From an uncultured Bacteroidales bacterium (GTDB lineage Bacteria > Bacteroidota > Bacteroidia > Bacteroidales > Bacteroidaceae): a stretch of DNA of 64,000 nt. The stretch is from contig CACZBC010000004.1 in the NCBI GenBank assembly GCA_902779315.1, positions 33,506 through 97,505 on the forward strand. Reading direction: 5' to 3'. Positions 1-9,075 of the stretch are shown one piece after another (position 1 is the first letter of the stretch; each line of letters starts with the position of its first letter). Below the pieces are notes generated by a model. It was not told the DNA's origin, searched no databases, and saw only the letters and a list, made by a program, of their open reading frames with translations. The position numbers were made by a program, and so were the translations under genes.

Positions 1-67
1 CGCAATCGTTGCAACGATAGGTACGTTCCTCCTTTTTCTCCTTGTTTTCGGTGTTTGTCGTTTCCAT
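1..67 (-). CDS. hypothetical protein, N-terminal fragment (METTNTENKEKKEERTYRCNDC...), continues past the window edge
   Basis: ATG at 67 reads off the left edge. A TAacTTTG -7 box sits 20 nt upstream on the same strand. Too short to assign a family. Confidence 0.4.
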   Translation of the reverse strand, partial: METTNTENKEKKEERTYRCNDC

Positions 68-86
68 AATGCTATGTTTTCGCCTA

Positions 87-94
87 CAAAGTTA
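87..94 (-). promoter_or_regulatory. Bacteroidota -7 promoter box TAacTTTG
   Basis: Matches TAnnTTTG, 20 nt upstream of the ATG at 67. Confidence 0.5.
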
Positions 95-158
95 CAAATA
101 AAAACGGGGAGAACAAAATAAATTCCATTAAATTTAGGGACATTCCCAAACATGGGCA

Positions 159-288
159 GCGTCGTTGGCAATTGTATAGTGTGACGTTGGCGATTAACTA
201 GTGTGACGTTTGCAATTTACTAACGTGAAGTTTGCAATTTACTAACGTGAAGTTTGCAATTTACTAGTGTGACGTTTGCAATCGTGGC
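159..288. repeat. 22-bp-period tandem array (array a), 5-6 units
   Basis: Units start at 179, 201, 223, 245 and 267: GTGTGACGTTGGCGATTAACTA / GTGTGACGTTTGCAATTTACTA / ACGTGAAGTTTGCAATTTACTA (x2, identical) / GTGTGACGTTTGCAATCGTGGC. Confidence 0.9.
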
Positions 289-310
289 TGGGATTGTTCC
301 GATGGGGCCC

Positions 311-2173
311 CTACTCTATTTCGCTGAGTTCGAGCCAACGCATAGATTTCTCGTCGAGCAAATCGTTGACTACGGGCAGGCGTTTGCTGAGGTCGATTAT
401 TTCCTGCGTGCTTAGGGTACCGCTGCTGAGGGCTGCCTCGATGTCGGCTTTCTCGTTCTCCAGCTCGTCGATTTCCTTTCCGAGAGCCTCGAACTCCTGC
501 TTCTCGCGGAAAGACATTTTGCGCTTTCTCTCTCCCTGGAATCTCGGAGTGCTCGGAGCGTTCTGAGTATTCTGAGCCTTCTTGGGCTCAGGTTCCAGCT
601 TCTCCCACTCTCTGTATTGCGTGTAATTGCCTGGGAAATCCTTCACAACACCGTTGCCTTTGAAGACGAAGAGGTGGTCCACAACCTTATCCATGAAGTA
701 GCGGTCGTGGCTGATGATGATGACGCAACCTCGGAAGTCCTGCAGGTATTGCTCCAGGATCTGCAGAGAAGTGATGTCGAGGTCGTTTGTGGGCTCGTCA
801 AGGACAAGGAAGTTGGGGCTTTGCATGAGTACGGTACAGAGGTAAAGCCTGCGCTTCTCGCCTCCAGAAAGCTTGTAGATGTAGTTCTGCTGCTGTTGGG
901 GCGAGAACATGAAATGCTGCAGGAACTGCATGGCGGAGAGCTTCCTTCCGCCTCCAAGGTCGACATATTCCGCGGTCTTGCGAACTGCGTCTATCACTTT
1001 CATCTGCTCGTTGAACTGCATTCCGTCCTGACTGTAATAGCCGAAACGCACGGTCTCGCCCACGACGAAACGACCGCTATCGGGCTTCACCAGTCCGAGC
1101 AGCATCTTGACGAAAGTGCTCTTGCCTGTGCCGTTATTGCCCACGATGCCGAGCTTCTCGTAGCGCGAGAAGTTGTAGTAGAAGTCCTTGAGCAGGACAA
1201 GGTCTCCGTATGCCTTGCTCACGTACTCGGCCTCGAATATCTTGCTGCCGATGTAGGTCGATTTCATCTCGAGCCTGACCTGCTGCTCCTCGATCCGGCG
1301 ATGGGCTTGCTTCTCCAGCTCGTAGAATGCTTCCTCGCGATACCTTGCTTTATGACCTCTGGCTTGAGGCATCCTTCGCATCCAGTCGAGTTCCGTCCTA
1401 TAGAGATTCGTAGCCCTCGCCACTTCAGCCCGAGCCACTTCCAGGCGTTGGGCACGATGTTCGAGGAAATAGGCATAGTTGCCCTGATAGGTGTAGACCG
1501 TCTCTTCGTCGAGTTCGAGAATGACGGAACAGACGCGGTCGAGGAAGTAGCGGTCGTGCGTCACCATAAGGAGCGTGACGTTGGACCGCGAGAGATAGTT
1601 CTCGAGCCACTCTATCATCTGCAGGTCGAGGTGGTTCGTCGGCTCGTCGAGGATGAGCAGGTCGGGCTCCATGATGAGCGTATTGGCAAGGGCGACACGC
1701 TTCAACTGGCCTCCTGAAAGCTGAGAGAGGGGCTTGTCAAACTCCGTGATGAAGAGCTGCGAGAGGATGGTCTTGGCGCGATTCTCATAGTCCCAAGCCT
1801 TCTGCTGCTCCATACGGTCCAGGATGTCTTGCAAGCCTTCCTGAGTGGCGGAAGCCATGCAGGTCTCGTACTCGCGGATGAGGTTGGTCGTCTCGTTTCC
1901 GTGCCAGAAGCAAGCCTCGATGACGGTCAGGTCGAGGGGATAGTTGGGCGTCTGCTCCAGATAGCCCACGCGAAGGTCATTATGGAAGACGACCTGCCCT
2001 TCGTCGGCCTGGTCCGCCCCGCTCAGAATGTTCAGGAGCGTGCTTTTGCCCGTGCCGTTCTTGGCGATGAGACCCACCTTCTGTCCCTCACCGATGCTGA
2101 AGCAGAGGTCGCGGAAAAGCGTCTTGTCCCCCACACTTCGCGTCAGATTCTGTACCTGCAAGTATGAAACCAT
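311..2173 (-). CDS. ABC-F family ATPase (two fused ABC cassettes, no membrane domain)
   Basis: ORF trimmed to Met19 (MVSYLQVQNL). Walker A appears twice (AKNGTGKST, GNNGTGKST) and the signature motif twice (LSGGQ, LSGGE). The C-terminal tail is charged and coiled-coil-like. A -7 box lies 14 nt upstream. Confidence 0.9.
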   Translation of the reverse strand: MVSYLQVQNLTRSVGDKTLFRDLCFSIGEGQKVGLIAKNGTGKSTLLNILSGADQADEGQVVFHNDLRVGYLEQTPNYPLDLTVIEACFWHGNETTNLIREYETCMASATQEGLQDILDRMEQQKAWDYENRAKTILSQLFITEFDKPLSQLSGGQLKRVALANTLIMEPDLLILDEPTNHLDLQMIEWLENYLSRSNVTLLMVTHDRYFLDRVCSVILELDEETVYTYQGNYAYFLEHRAQRLEVARAEVARATNLYRTELDWMRRMPQARGHKARYREEAFYELEKQAHRRIEEQQVRLEMKSTYIGSKIFEAEYVSKAYGDLVLLKDFYYNFSRYEKLGIVGNNGTGKSTFVKMLLGLVKPDSGRFVVGETVRFGYYSQDGMQFNEQMKVIDAVRKTAEYVDLGGGRKLSAMQFLQHFMFSPQQQQNYIYKLSGGEKRRLYLCTVLMQSPNFLVLDEPTNDLDITSLQILEQYLQDFRGCVIIISHDRYFMDKVVDHLFVFKGNGVVKDFPGNYTQYREWEKLEPEPKKAQNTQNAPSTPRFQGERKRKMSFREKQEFEALGKEIDELENEKADIEAALSSGTLSTQEIIDLSKRLPVVNDLLDEKSMRWLELSEIE

Positions 2174-2186
2174 GCCGTTTTTCCTG

Positions 2187-2194
2187 CAAAAGTA
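2187..2194 (-). promoter_or_regulatory. -7 promoter box TActTTTG for the ABC-F gene
   Basis: TAnnTTTG match 14 nt upstream of the ATG at 2173. Confidence 0.55.
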
Positions 2195-2220
2195 CAAAAA
2201 AAGGGAGAATAAACAAAGAT

Positions 2221-2248
2221 TTTTCACTTTTCACTTTTCACTTTTCAC
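2221..2248. repeat. heptamer microsatellite (TTTTCAC)4 = (GTGAAAA)4 on the minus strand
   Basis: Four perfect head-to-tail copies between the divergent ABC-F and rho promoters. Confidence 0.95.
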
Positions 2249-2258
2249 TTTTTTGTCG

Positions 2259-2266
2259 TACCTTTG
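2259..2266 (+). promoter_or_regulatory. -7 promoter box TAccTTTG for rho
   Basis: TAnnTTTG match about 100 nt upstream of the rho ATG. Confidence 0.5.
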
Positions 2267-2364
2267 CACACGTAATACCAAAGATAAGTACTGCCAGCAT
2301 CTTCTTTTAGGCAGTTCATTACTTTCCCTTACACATTATTTATTATTATTAGCATACACGAATT

Positions 2365-4059
2365 ATGCACAAAAGTGAACTTGAAGGAATGACTCTGGCA
2401 GAGCTTACCCAGCTTGCCGGAAAACTTGGCGCGGAACTCAGTAACGACCAGACCACACTCATATACAACATATTGGATGCCCAATCCCTGCAGGCTCCCG
2501 TCGAGTCTGCCCCAAAGAAAAGAGGCAGAAAACCCAAGGCAACCAAAGAAACTGAAGCCCAACCTGCTGAAGCTGCATCTGTAGCAGAAAAACCTGCCCC
2601 GAAGAAGCGCGGACGCAAGTCGAAAGCCGAAAAGGAGGCAGAAGCAGCAGCTATGGCAGTTGAAGAACAGACCAAGGAAACGGCTAAGGCAAAAGAAGCG
2701 CCTGCAGAAGAAGCCGCTACAGAACCCGTTCAGGCAGAAGCAGCTCCCGCTCCGAAAAAGCGCCGCAAACGTATTGGCGAGACGGCACAACCCAAAGAAG
2801 AGACTGCCGACTTCATCATCCTGCAGGACATACCCACAGCCGAAGAGCAACTGAAGGCCCTGACGGAAGAAGCCGCTCCAAAACCCGCTCCCAAAGCGAA
2901 AGAGGCTCCGTCTCCCGCTCCTACGGCGGAGAACTGGGGCGAGGCCCTTTGCATTCGCGGCGAAGGCGTGCTTGAGGTGATGCCCGAAGGCTTCGGATTC
3001 CTGCGCAGCAGCGACTACAATTACCTCTCCAGCCCCGATGACATCTACGTCACCCAGCAGATGATCAAGCAGTTCGGCCTGAAGACCGGCGACGTGGTGG
3101 AAGGTCCCGTCCGTCCCCCAATGCGAGGCGAAAAGTTCTTCCCCCTGGTTCGCGTGGAGCGCATCAACGGATGCAACCCCGATACCGTTCGCGACCGCAG
3201 CCCGTTCGAGAACCTCACACCCCTCTTCCCCGACGAGAAGTTCAAACTCTGCAAAGGCAAGGGCGATTCTCTTTCTGCTCGCGTTGTCGACCTCTTCGCC
3301 CCCATCGGCAAAGGCCAACGTGCCCTCATCGTGGCACAGCCCAAGACCGGTAAGACGCTCCTCATGAAGGACATAGCAAACGCCATCGCAGCCAACCATC
3401 CCGAAGCATACCTGATGATGCTGCTCATCGACGAGCGCCCCGAGGAGGTGACCGATATGGCCCGCACCGTCAAGGCCGAGGTCATCGCCAGCACCTTCGA
3501 CGAACCGGCCGAGCGCCACGTCAAGATAGCCGGAATCGTCCTGGAGAAGGCAAAGCGAATGGTGGAATGCGGACACGATGTCGTCATCTTCCTCGACTCC
3601 ATCACACGTCTGGCACGCGCCTACAACACAGTATCTCCCGCCAGCGGAAAGGTGCTGAGCGGTGGTGTGGATGCAAACGCCCTGCACAAGCCCAAGCGCT
3701 TCTTCGGAGCAGCCCGCAACATCGAGAACGGAGGCAGCCTGACCATCATCGCAACGGCCCTCATCGACACGGGCAGCAAGATGGACGAAGTCATCTTCGA
3801 GGAGTTCAAGGGAACGGGCAACATGGAGCTGCAGCTCGACCGCATGCTCTCCAACAAGCGCATCTTCCCCGCCGTCAACATCATCGCCAGCAGCACCCGT
3901 CGCGACGATTTGCTCCAGGACAAGCTGACGCTCGACCGCATGTGGATTCTGCGCAAGTTCCTTGCCGACATGACCTCGCTCGAAGCCATGAACGAAGTGA
4001 AGTCGCGCCTCGAAAACACAGAAAACAACGAGGAATTCCTGCTCAGCATGAATTCGTAA
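2365..4059 (+). CDS. rho: transcription termination factor Rho with a long N-terminal insertion
   Basis: OB/RNA-binding motif [17 protein letters not shown] and Walker A QPKTGKT, with a RecA-type C-terminal half. About 150 aa of K/E/A/P-rich sequence is inserted after the N-terminal helix bundle. Confidence 0.95.
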   Translation: MHKSELEGMTLAELTQLAGKLGAELSNDQTTLIYNILDAQSLQAPVESAPKKRGRKPKATKETEAQPAEAASVAEKPAPKKRGRKSKAEKEAEAAAMAVEEQTKETAKAKEAPAEEAATEPVQAEAAPAPKKRRKRIGETAQPKEETADFIILQDIPTAEEQLKALTEEAAPKPAPKAKEAPSPAPTAENWGEALCIRGEGVLEVMPEGFGFLRSSDYNYLSSPDDIYVTQQMIKQFGLKTGDVVEGPVRPPMRGEKFFPLVRVERINGCNPDTVRDRSPFENLTPLFPDEKFKLCKGKGDSLSARVVDLFAPIGKGQRALIVAQPKTGKTLLMKDIANAIAANHPEAYLMMLLIDERPEEVTDMARTVKAEVIASTFDEPAERHVKIAGIVLEKAKRMVECGHDVVIFLDSITRLARAYNTVSPASGKVLSGGVDANALHKPKRFFGAARNIENGGSLTIIATALIDTGSKMDEVIFEEFKGTGNMELQLDRMLSNKRIFPAVNIIASSTRRDDLLQDKLTLDRMWILRKFLADMTSLEAMNEVKSRLENTENNEEFLLSMNS

Positions 4060-4086
4060 GGACAACCTGAATATATAACAAGAAAG

Positions 4087-4122
4087 AAGGCGGGGAGCAA
4101 TATGCTTCCTGCCTTTGTTTTT
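4087..4122 (+). terminator. intrinsic terminator downstream of rho
   Basis: A 13-bp stem (AAGGCGGGGAGCA / TGCTTCCTGCCTT, two G-U pairs) with loop ATAT, followed by TGTTTTT. Confidence 0.7.
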
Positions 4123-4314
4123 GCGCGCGTAAAATTCAAAGAATTTTAACGACTCGTTAAAACGGCCGTAGAGCGCAAGTTTTGCCTCGGCGGTACAAAC
4201 ATACGTCGGAGGCATTTGAAGCGATTCTGGGGCAATCTAGATGGGTTTCAGAGGGGTTCTGGGTTTTGTGGTAAGGACTACATATGTTTGAGTCACTTTA
4301 TTGTTACATGACAT

Positions 4315-4568
4315 GTGGTCAAAGTGGTCAAAGCTGCGATTAAGTGAGGGCAATGATGCTTGAATCAATTGCCGAGCGTTAGCAGTCTCGACTATGGTCA
4401 AAGTGGTCAAGGTCAAAATGGTCAAAATGAATTTCAACTTCGCCAAGAAATGTCTATAATAATATACATATTATTATAGCAGACTTTTTGCAAATCCGAA
4501 AACGATTTTGACCAAATGACCAAATGACCAAAATGACCGCCCCGATGATTTTTTTGAAAAAAGTCTGC
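4315..4568. repeat. composite repeat locus: GGTCAAA-type short tandem repeats, an AT-rich palindrome and a 16-bp inverted repeat
   Basis: GTGGTCAAA x2 at 4315-4333, GGTCAA(A/G) x4 at 4395-4432, and (AAATGACC) x4 at 4506-4546. Palindrome CTATAATAATAT-AC-ATATTATTATAG at 4451-4484. Inverted repeat GCAGACTTTTTGCAAA (4479-4494) versus TTTGAAAAAAGTCTGC (4553-4568). Confidence 0.85.
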
Positions 4569-4599
4569 AAAAAATTCGTAGACCGCAATGAGAGTGTCG

Positions 4600-4607
4600 T
4601 AAATTTG
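4600..4607 (+). promoter_or_regulatory. orphan -7 promoter-like box TAaaTTTG
   Basis: Perfect TAnnTTTG with no annotated gene downstream. Only a 28-codon ORF follows (4674-4760, MNEDTQRRILIPKEIDLLMKRRQGKSQS), then array b. Confidence 0.35.
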
Positions 4608-4747
4608 CAGCACAGTTCGAGACAAGAAGTCTTGCAGCAGAATTAAAACTCTGCCCCACGCGGGCATACAACATATGAATGAGGACACGCAGCGGCGTAT
4701 CCTTATCCCAAAAGAAATTGACTTACTGATGAAACGCAGGCAAGGTA

Positions 4748-4830
4748 AATCGCAATCGTAACACGTTAACTTGGCCAATTACACGTGTGTAAGTTTGCAA
4801 ACGTCGCACTAGTAAATTGCAACGAACTAG
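4748..4830. repeat. 22-bp-period tandem array (array b), degenerate, opposite orientation
   Basis: Reads ...TAAGTTTGCAAACGTCGCACTAGTAAATTGCAACG..., the same family as array a read on the other strand. About 4 units. Confidence 0.75.
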
Positions 4831-4840
4831 GGTTGTTTCC

Positions 4841-5872
4841 TTACTTCCAAAGTCGCACTCCGACAAAGGCGTGGGCAACCCACTTGTTCTGGTGAACGGT
4901 TACGGCATCGTCAACGAAAAGGGAGTTGTTCGCCACTCCTGTAAGTCCGACGAAGTAACGCGAGGAGAAGTTATAAACTACGGCAACTCGCTCGTTGAAG
5001 AGCATGTTGAACTTCATTCGCCCTGCATGCTGGCTCTCGTCGTTGATGGTCAGCTTGTTGCGGTTATAGACGACAAAAGTGGGGAGAAAAGTCAGGTTGA
5101 GAAGCCATTTCCGGCCGAGGACGAGGTTGTAGCCGTAGCCGCCTCCGATGCCGACATGGCCCACATAGATGCGGACATCATGGTCGTCCGGATACCGCTC
5201 CTTCCGTTCGTCGCTCGTCTCGATGCTTCCGCCCTGATAGCTCAAGCCCGCAAGCCACGACCCTGCCGACCGGCGCTGGATGTAGCTCTGATTGTAGGCT
5301 GCAGAAACGCAGTAGCGGCGATGGTTGAAGACATAGTAGCCCGTGATGTTGAAGACCTTCATGTCCGCCTCGCCCTGCTCCAGTCGAAGCGCCTCGTCTC
5401 CGAGAGTCATGTCCCCGGACAACGAGGAAGAGCGCTGATAGCTGGCGTCAATGCAGAAACGGCTTGCATAGTAATTGAAGTTCAGCTCGTAGTCGTCGTA
5501 GAAGCCCCTCAGCTTGGCGGGATTGATGGAATAGGCAGCGGAGAGCCCACGATAGGTTCCGGCTATGGAGATGGTCGTCTTGTGACTGGTGCTCAGATTG
5601 GAATTGAAGCTGACATCGTTGACAGTCCCCTTCGACCGCATACTGTTGCCCGTCTGATTGCCCTTGAGTTTCAGCGTCAGTCCCCCTTCCGGACGAACCA
5701 CATAGTTCGTGTCGTACGATATCTTGTAATAACGGTCGGTAAGCAAGCTGTCCGCCTTCGCCCAAAACCTCTTCAGGCGGTTCCCTGCATGAACCTCGGA
5801 GAGGCAACAGACAAGGGACAACAGACAAAAGACAGCCCGAAAACCAACATTACGCATTACCCTTACGACCAT
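4841..5872 (-). CDS. secreted beta-rich outer-membrane-type protein (resembles the DUF4421 family)
   Basis: 343-aa ORF with a signal peptide (FRAVFCLLSLVCCLSEVHA) and alternating beta-strand composition rich in Y, G and N. The family name is from memory only. Confidence 0.6.
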   Translation of the reverse strand: MVVRVMRNVGFRAVFCLLSLVCCLSEVHAGNRLKRFWAKADSLLTDRYYKISYDTNYVVRPEGGLTLKLKGNQTGNSMRSKGTVNDVSFNSNLSTSHKTTISIAGTYRGLSAAYSINPAKLRGFYDDYELNFNYYASRFCIDASYQRSSSLSGDMTLGDEALRLEQGEADMKVFNITGYYVFNHRRYCVSAAYNQSYIQRRSAGSWLAGLSYQGGSIETSDERKERYPDDHDVRIYVGHVGIGGGYGYNLVLGRKWLLNLTFLPTFVVYNRNKLTINDESQHAGRMKFNMLFNERVAVVYNFSSRYFVGLTGVANNSLFVDDAVTVHQNKWVAHAFVGVRLWK

Positions 5873-5875
5873 CTG

Positions 5876-5935
5876 ACTATGAACTATGAACTATGAACTA
5901 TGAACTGTGGACTATGAACTATGAACTATGAACTG
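5876..5935. repeat. heptamer microsatellite (ACTATGA)n = (TTCATAG)n on the minus strand
   Basis: ACTATGA x4, ACTGTGG, ACTATGA x3. It fills the whole 65-nt gap between the patatin stop (5938-5940) and the next ATG (5872). Confidence 0.95.
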
Positions 5936-5937
5936 TC

Positions 5938-8166
5938 TCAGAACTCATACCCCAGGTTCAGATAGAAATACGGCTCCTTCGTGCGATTGCTATATCCGAA
6001 GGTAGCTCCAAGAGGGCCGAACATGGTTTTGTAGTAATAGGCAGCCTGAACGCCGAACAGAGTTGTGTGGTCGAAGATTTCCTTCAGCTTTTCCGCCTGC
6101 TGGGCCCCCGCCAAGCGAAGGAACACATAGTGGTTGGAGCCGAAACGATACTGGCCCTGGACTTGTGCCGCTATGAACTGGTCGGCGACGAACTCCACAT
6201 TCCCCACACCTGCGAAAGGCATCTGCTGCTCCACATAATGACTAAACCAATCGCCTCCGATGGTGTTGGCAAAGATGAAGGGGACCGCCTTGCCTAAAAG
6301 CATACGGCCGTAAACCATCGGTTGAAGCGTGAAGCGGTTGCCGAAAGAGAACGACCTGCGCCAGCTTGCACTGATATCGCTCAGACCGGCCTTGTCCTCG
6401 AGCTTGATGAGATTGTCCGTCAGATAGGCATACTCCGCCTTGAAACGCGTGCCTCGCGTCGGGAAGTACCAATCGTCTTCGCTATTGTAGTCCAGACGGG
6501 CACGATAGCTGTAATAGTGTCCGTTCGTGAGCGTGACGTTCGTCGATTTCTCCGATTCGAGCTTGTTGCGATAGTGCATGTAGTTCCAACGCAAGCCCAC
6601 CTGGAAATTGAAGTTGCGGAAATCGTTGCTGATAGGCACAATCTCGGCCTGGAACTGATTGTAGAGGATGCTGTAAGCACGGTCGCCTCCAACGTAGAAG
6701 TCAATATCGTTGTGGCGGAAAGTGTAGTTCAACGAAGGACGCGTGAAACTGCGGGGATGGGCCGTCAGTTCGCCTCGAGCCATAATGCGCTTGCCCAAAC
6801 GGACCGTCAGCTCAGTATTCATCGGCACAGACGACTTCTTCAAGGGCAATTCCAGCCCCAACAGGACGGCAGCATATTCCTCAGTATCGAACCGCAACCC
6901 CACATTGGCCTGAGCCGACTTGCGCTCGCCAGCGGAAAGCACCACAAACACGCCATCATCATCCGGCAAGAGCCGGCATTCGGCCGACTTGTAGAAGAGG
7001 TCCACACGCATGGAAGTGGTGAGCTGCTGCTGCAATTTGGCATCAATACTGTCGTTTTTCCGCAAATGGAACTTCTCGCGAAGGAAACGCTCGTCTTTCG
7101 GCGTCATGTTCTCGTACATATAGTCCTTAACCCTCTGACGCTCAGTCATAATCTTAGGACGGAGAGGATGATATCGGGGAGGGATAAAGCCCTCGGGAAG
7201 GTTCAGCCCCTTCTTCAGGGCCATCAGCTCATCATAGTGTCGCATAGCCTCCTCCTCGCCACGACGGATAAGCGTATCGACAGCTGCTGCGGAGAAACTC
7301 GCAGTATTGTAGCCCGTCGTATTGACTCGCATGTGCAAATCGGTCATGGCAATGTTCTCCTCGAGCTTGTTCTTGCAGTTTATATCGATAATCTGGTTCA
7401 AGACGCCAAGCGTGCCCTTAATCTCGTCGGCAGTTTTCGGGTCGCCCTGAACAGTAACGCCAATGATGACGTCTGCCCCCATTTCCTTGGCAAGGTCGGC
7501 AGGATAGTTGTTCTTCATGCCGCCATCGGTAAGCACCATATCGCCTAGCCTTACAGGAGCAAAAGCTGCCGGAATGGCCATCGAAGCGCGCATGGCTTGA
7601 GGCAATCTGCCGCTATGGAAATCGACTTCGCTATTGTCGATAATATTCGTTGCCACACAAGCGAAAGGTATCTTCAGGTCCTTCGAGAAATCGAGCGAGT
7701 CGGTATAGCCCGTACAGAGCTGCCCGAAGAGTTCAGCAAGGTTCTTTCCCTTGATGAGACCGCCCTCGCCGGTTTTGTTCTTGCCGAAGGAAAGTCCCGT
7801 AGAAAACACGTAAGTATATTGCTTGCGACGGTCGGTAAGGCTTTGGTTGCGAAGGTCTTCCTTGTCGGTAATGACGTAGCTCCAGTCCTGCTTTCGTACC
7901 ATTGAATCGAGCGAATTGGCGTTATAACCGATGGCATAAAGGCCACCAATGATGCTGCCCATCGATGTGCCGGCAATGTAATCGATAGGAATGCCTGCCC
8001 GTTCCAAAACCTTCAGCACGCCGATATGTGCCATACCTTTCGCTCCGCCGCCACTAAGAACGACGCCGACCTTTTTCCTTGCCGGAGCAGGTACGCTGTC
8101 CTGCTGAGCATTCATATTGCAGCACAAAAAGGCCGCAACAACGAGCAACAAAAGCCTTCTCTTCAT
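5938..8166 (-). CDS. patatin-like phospholipase fused to an Omp85/BamA-type C-terminal beta-barrel
   Basis: Signal peptide, then GGGAKG, the GTSMG nucleophile elbow and DGG. The C-terminal beta-barrel is about 400 aa and ends in ...NLGYEF. Confidence 0.9.
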   Translation of the reverse strand: MKRRLLLLVVAAFLCCNMNAQQDSVPAPARKKVGVVLSGGGAKGMAHIGVLKVLERAGIPIDYIAGTSMGSIIGGLYAIGYNANSLDSMVRKQDWSYVITDKEDLRNQSLTDRRKQYTYVFSTGLSFGKNKTGEGGLIKGKNLAELFGQLCTGYTDSLDFSKDLKIPFACVATNIIDNSEVDFHSGRLPQAMRASMAIPAAFAPVRLGDMVLTDGGMKNNYPADLAKEMGADVIIGVTVQGDPKTADEIKGTLGVLNQIIDINCKNKLEENIAMTDLHMRVNTTGYNTASFSAAAVDTLIRRGEEEAMRHYDELMALKKGLNLPEGFIPPRYHPLRPKIMTERQRVKDYMYENMTPKDERFLREKFHLRKNDSIDAKLQQQLTTSMRVDLFYKSAECRLLPDDDGVFVVLSAGERKSAQANVGLRFDTEEYAAVLLGLELPLKKSSVPMNTELTVRLGKRIMARGELTAHPRSFTRPSLNYTFRHNDIDFYVGGDRAYSILYNQFQAEIVPISNDFRNFNFQVGLRWNYMHYRNKLESEKSTNVTLTNGHYYSYRARLDYNSEDDWYFPTRGTRFKAEYAYLTDNLIKLEDKAGLSDISASWRRSFSFGNRFTLQPMVYGRMLLGKAVPFIFANTIGGDWFSHYVEQQMPFAGVGNVEFVADQFIAAQVQGQYRFGSNHYVFLRLAGAQQAEKLKEIFDHTTLFGVQAAYYYKTMFGPLGATFGYSNRTKEPYFYLNLGYEF

Positions 8167-8198
8167 AACTATGAACTATGGACTATGAACTATGAACC
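8167..8198. repeat. heptamer microsatellite (AACTATG)n
   Basis: AACTATG AACTATG GACTATG AACTATG. It contains the folD stop codon (8190-8192) and abuts the patatin ATG (8166). Confidence 0.9.
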
Positions 8199-9071
8199 AT
8201 AATAAAGATGCTTGCCTGCCGCAAGGGTGTTGAGCATGAGCATGCAAATCGTCATAGGTCCTACCCCTCCAGGAACGGGAGTGATAAATGAGCAAAGCGG
8301 TGCCACGTTCTCGAAGTCGACATCGCCTTGCAGACGGAAGCCGCTCTTCTTCGTAGCGTCAGGCACTCGAGTCGTGCCCACGTCAATAACGACAACACCT
8401 TCCTTCACCATATCGGCCTTCAGGAAAGCAGGCTGTCCGATAGCTGCGATGATGATATCAGCCTGCCGACATTCTTCCTTGAGCGTTTTGCTACGGCTAT
8501 GGCAAACAGTTACAGTTGCGTCGCCAAATTGCTTTTGCATCATGAGTTGGGCCATCGGTTTACCCACAATATTGCTTCGTCCCAGAATGACGCACTTCTT
8601 GCCACTCGTCGGAATCTCGTAACGGCGAAGCAACTCAAGTATGCCCTTTGGTGTGGCACTAATATAGCAAGGAAGTCCTATCGCCATTCGTCCCACGTTA
8701 ATGGGATGGAAACCATCCACATCTTTCTTATAGTCAATGGCTTCTATGACTTTCTGTTCGCTGATATGCTTGGGCAAAGGAAGCTGCACAATGAAGCCGT
8801 CAACGGAGGCATCCTTGTTGAGTTTATCCACTTCGGCAAGCAATTGCTCCTCCGTGATGTCGTCTTCGAATCGAAGCAAAGTGCTTTGGAATCCGCAAGC
8901 CTCGCAAGCGAGCACTTTGTTGCGCACATACGTCTCGCTTCCCCCGTCGTGACCTACCAGGATGGCTGCAAGGTGTGGACGCTTGCCACCCTTCGAAACG
9001 ATGTCTTCTACTTCTTTCTTAATCTCTGCCTTAATCGTGGCAGCAGTCTGTTTTCCGTCTATCAGTTGCAT
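8190..9071 (-). CDS. folD: bifunctional methylenetetrahydrofolate dehydrogenase/cyclohydrolase
   Basis: The 293-aa translation aligns by eye to FolD throughout (MQLIDGK...AAILVG...YVRNK...[11 protein letters not shown]...GRSNIVGKP...[10 protein letters not shown]). Confidence 0.95.
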   Translation of the reverse strand: MQLIDGKQTAATIKAEIKKEVEDIVSKGGKRPHLAAILVGHDGGSETYVRNKVLACEACGFQSTLLRFEDDITEEQLLAEVDKLNKDASVDGFIVQLPLPKHISEQKVIEAIDYKKDVDGFHPINVGRMAIGLPCYISATPKGILELLRRYEIPTSGKKCVILGRSNIVGKPMAQLMMQKQFGDATVTVCHSRSKTLKEECRQADIIIAAIGQPAFLKADMVKEGVVVIDVGTTRVPDATKKSGFRLQGDVDFENVAPLCSFITPVPGGVGPMTICMLMLNTLAAGKHLYYGS

Positions 9072-9075
9072 ATCC

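Noticed and set aside
2329-4215. 628-aa ORF on the minus strand covering all of rho.
   Set aside because: It lies antisense to a gene with unmistakable Rho motifs. Its translation is low-complexity (runs of G, A, L, F and C) with no recognisable domain. This is the typical shadow ORF of G+C-rich coding DNA.
4237-4778. ORFs 4237-4446 (69 aa) and 4434-4778 (114 aa) in the post-rho gap.
   Set aside because: Their reading frames are made of the GGTCAAA/TGACC tandem repeats (LTILTLTTLTIV and similar) and the AT palindrome. They have no promoter box and no plausible protein features.
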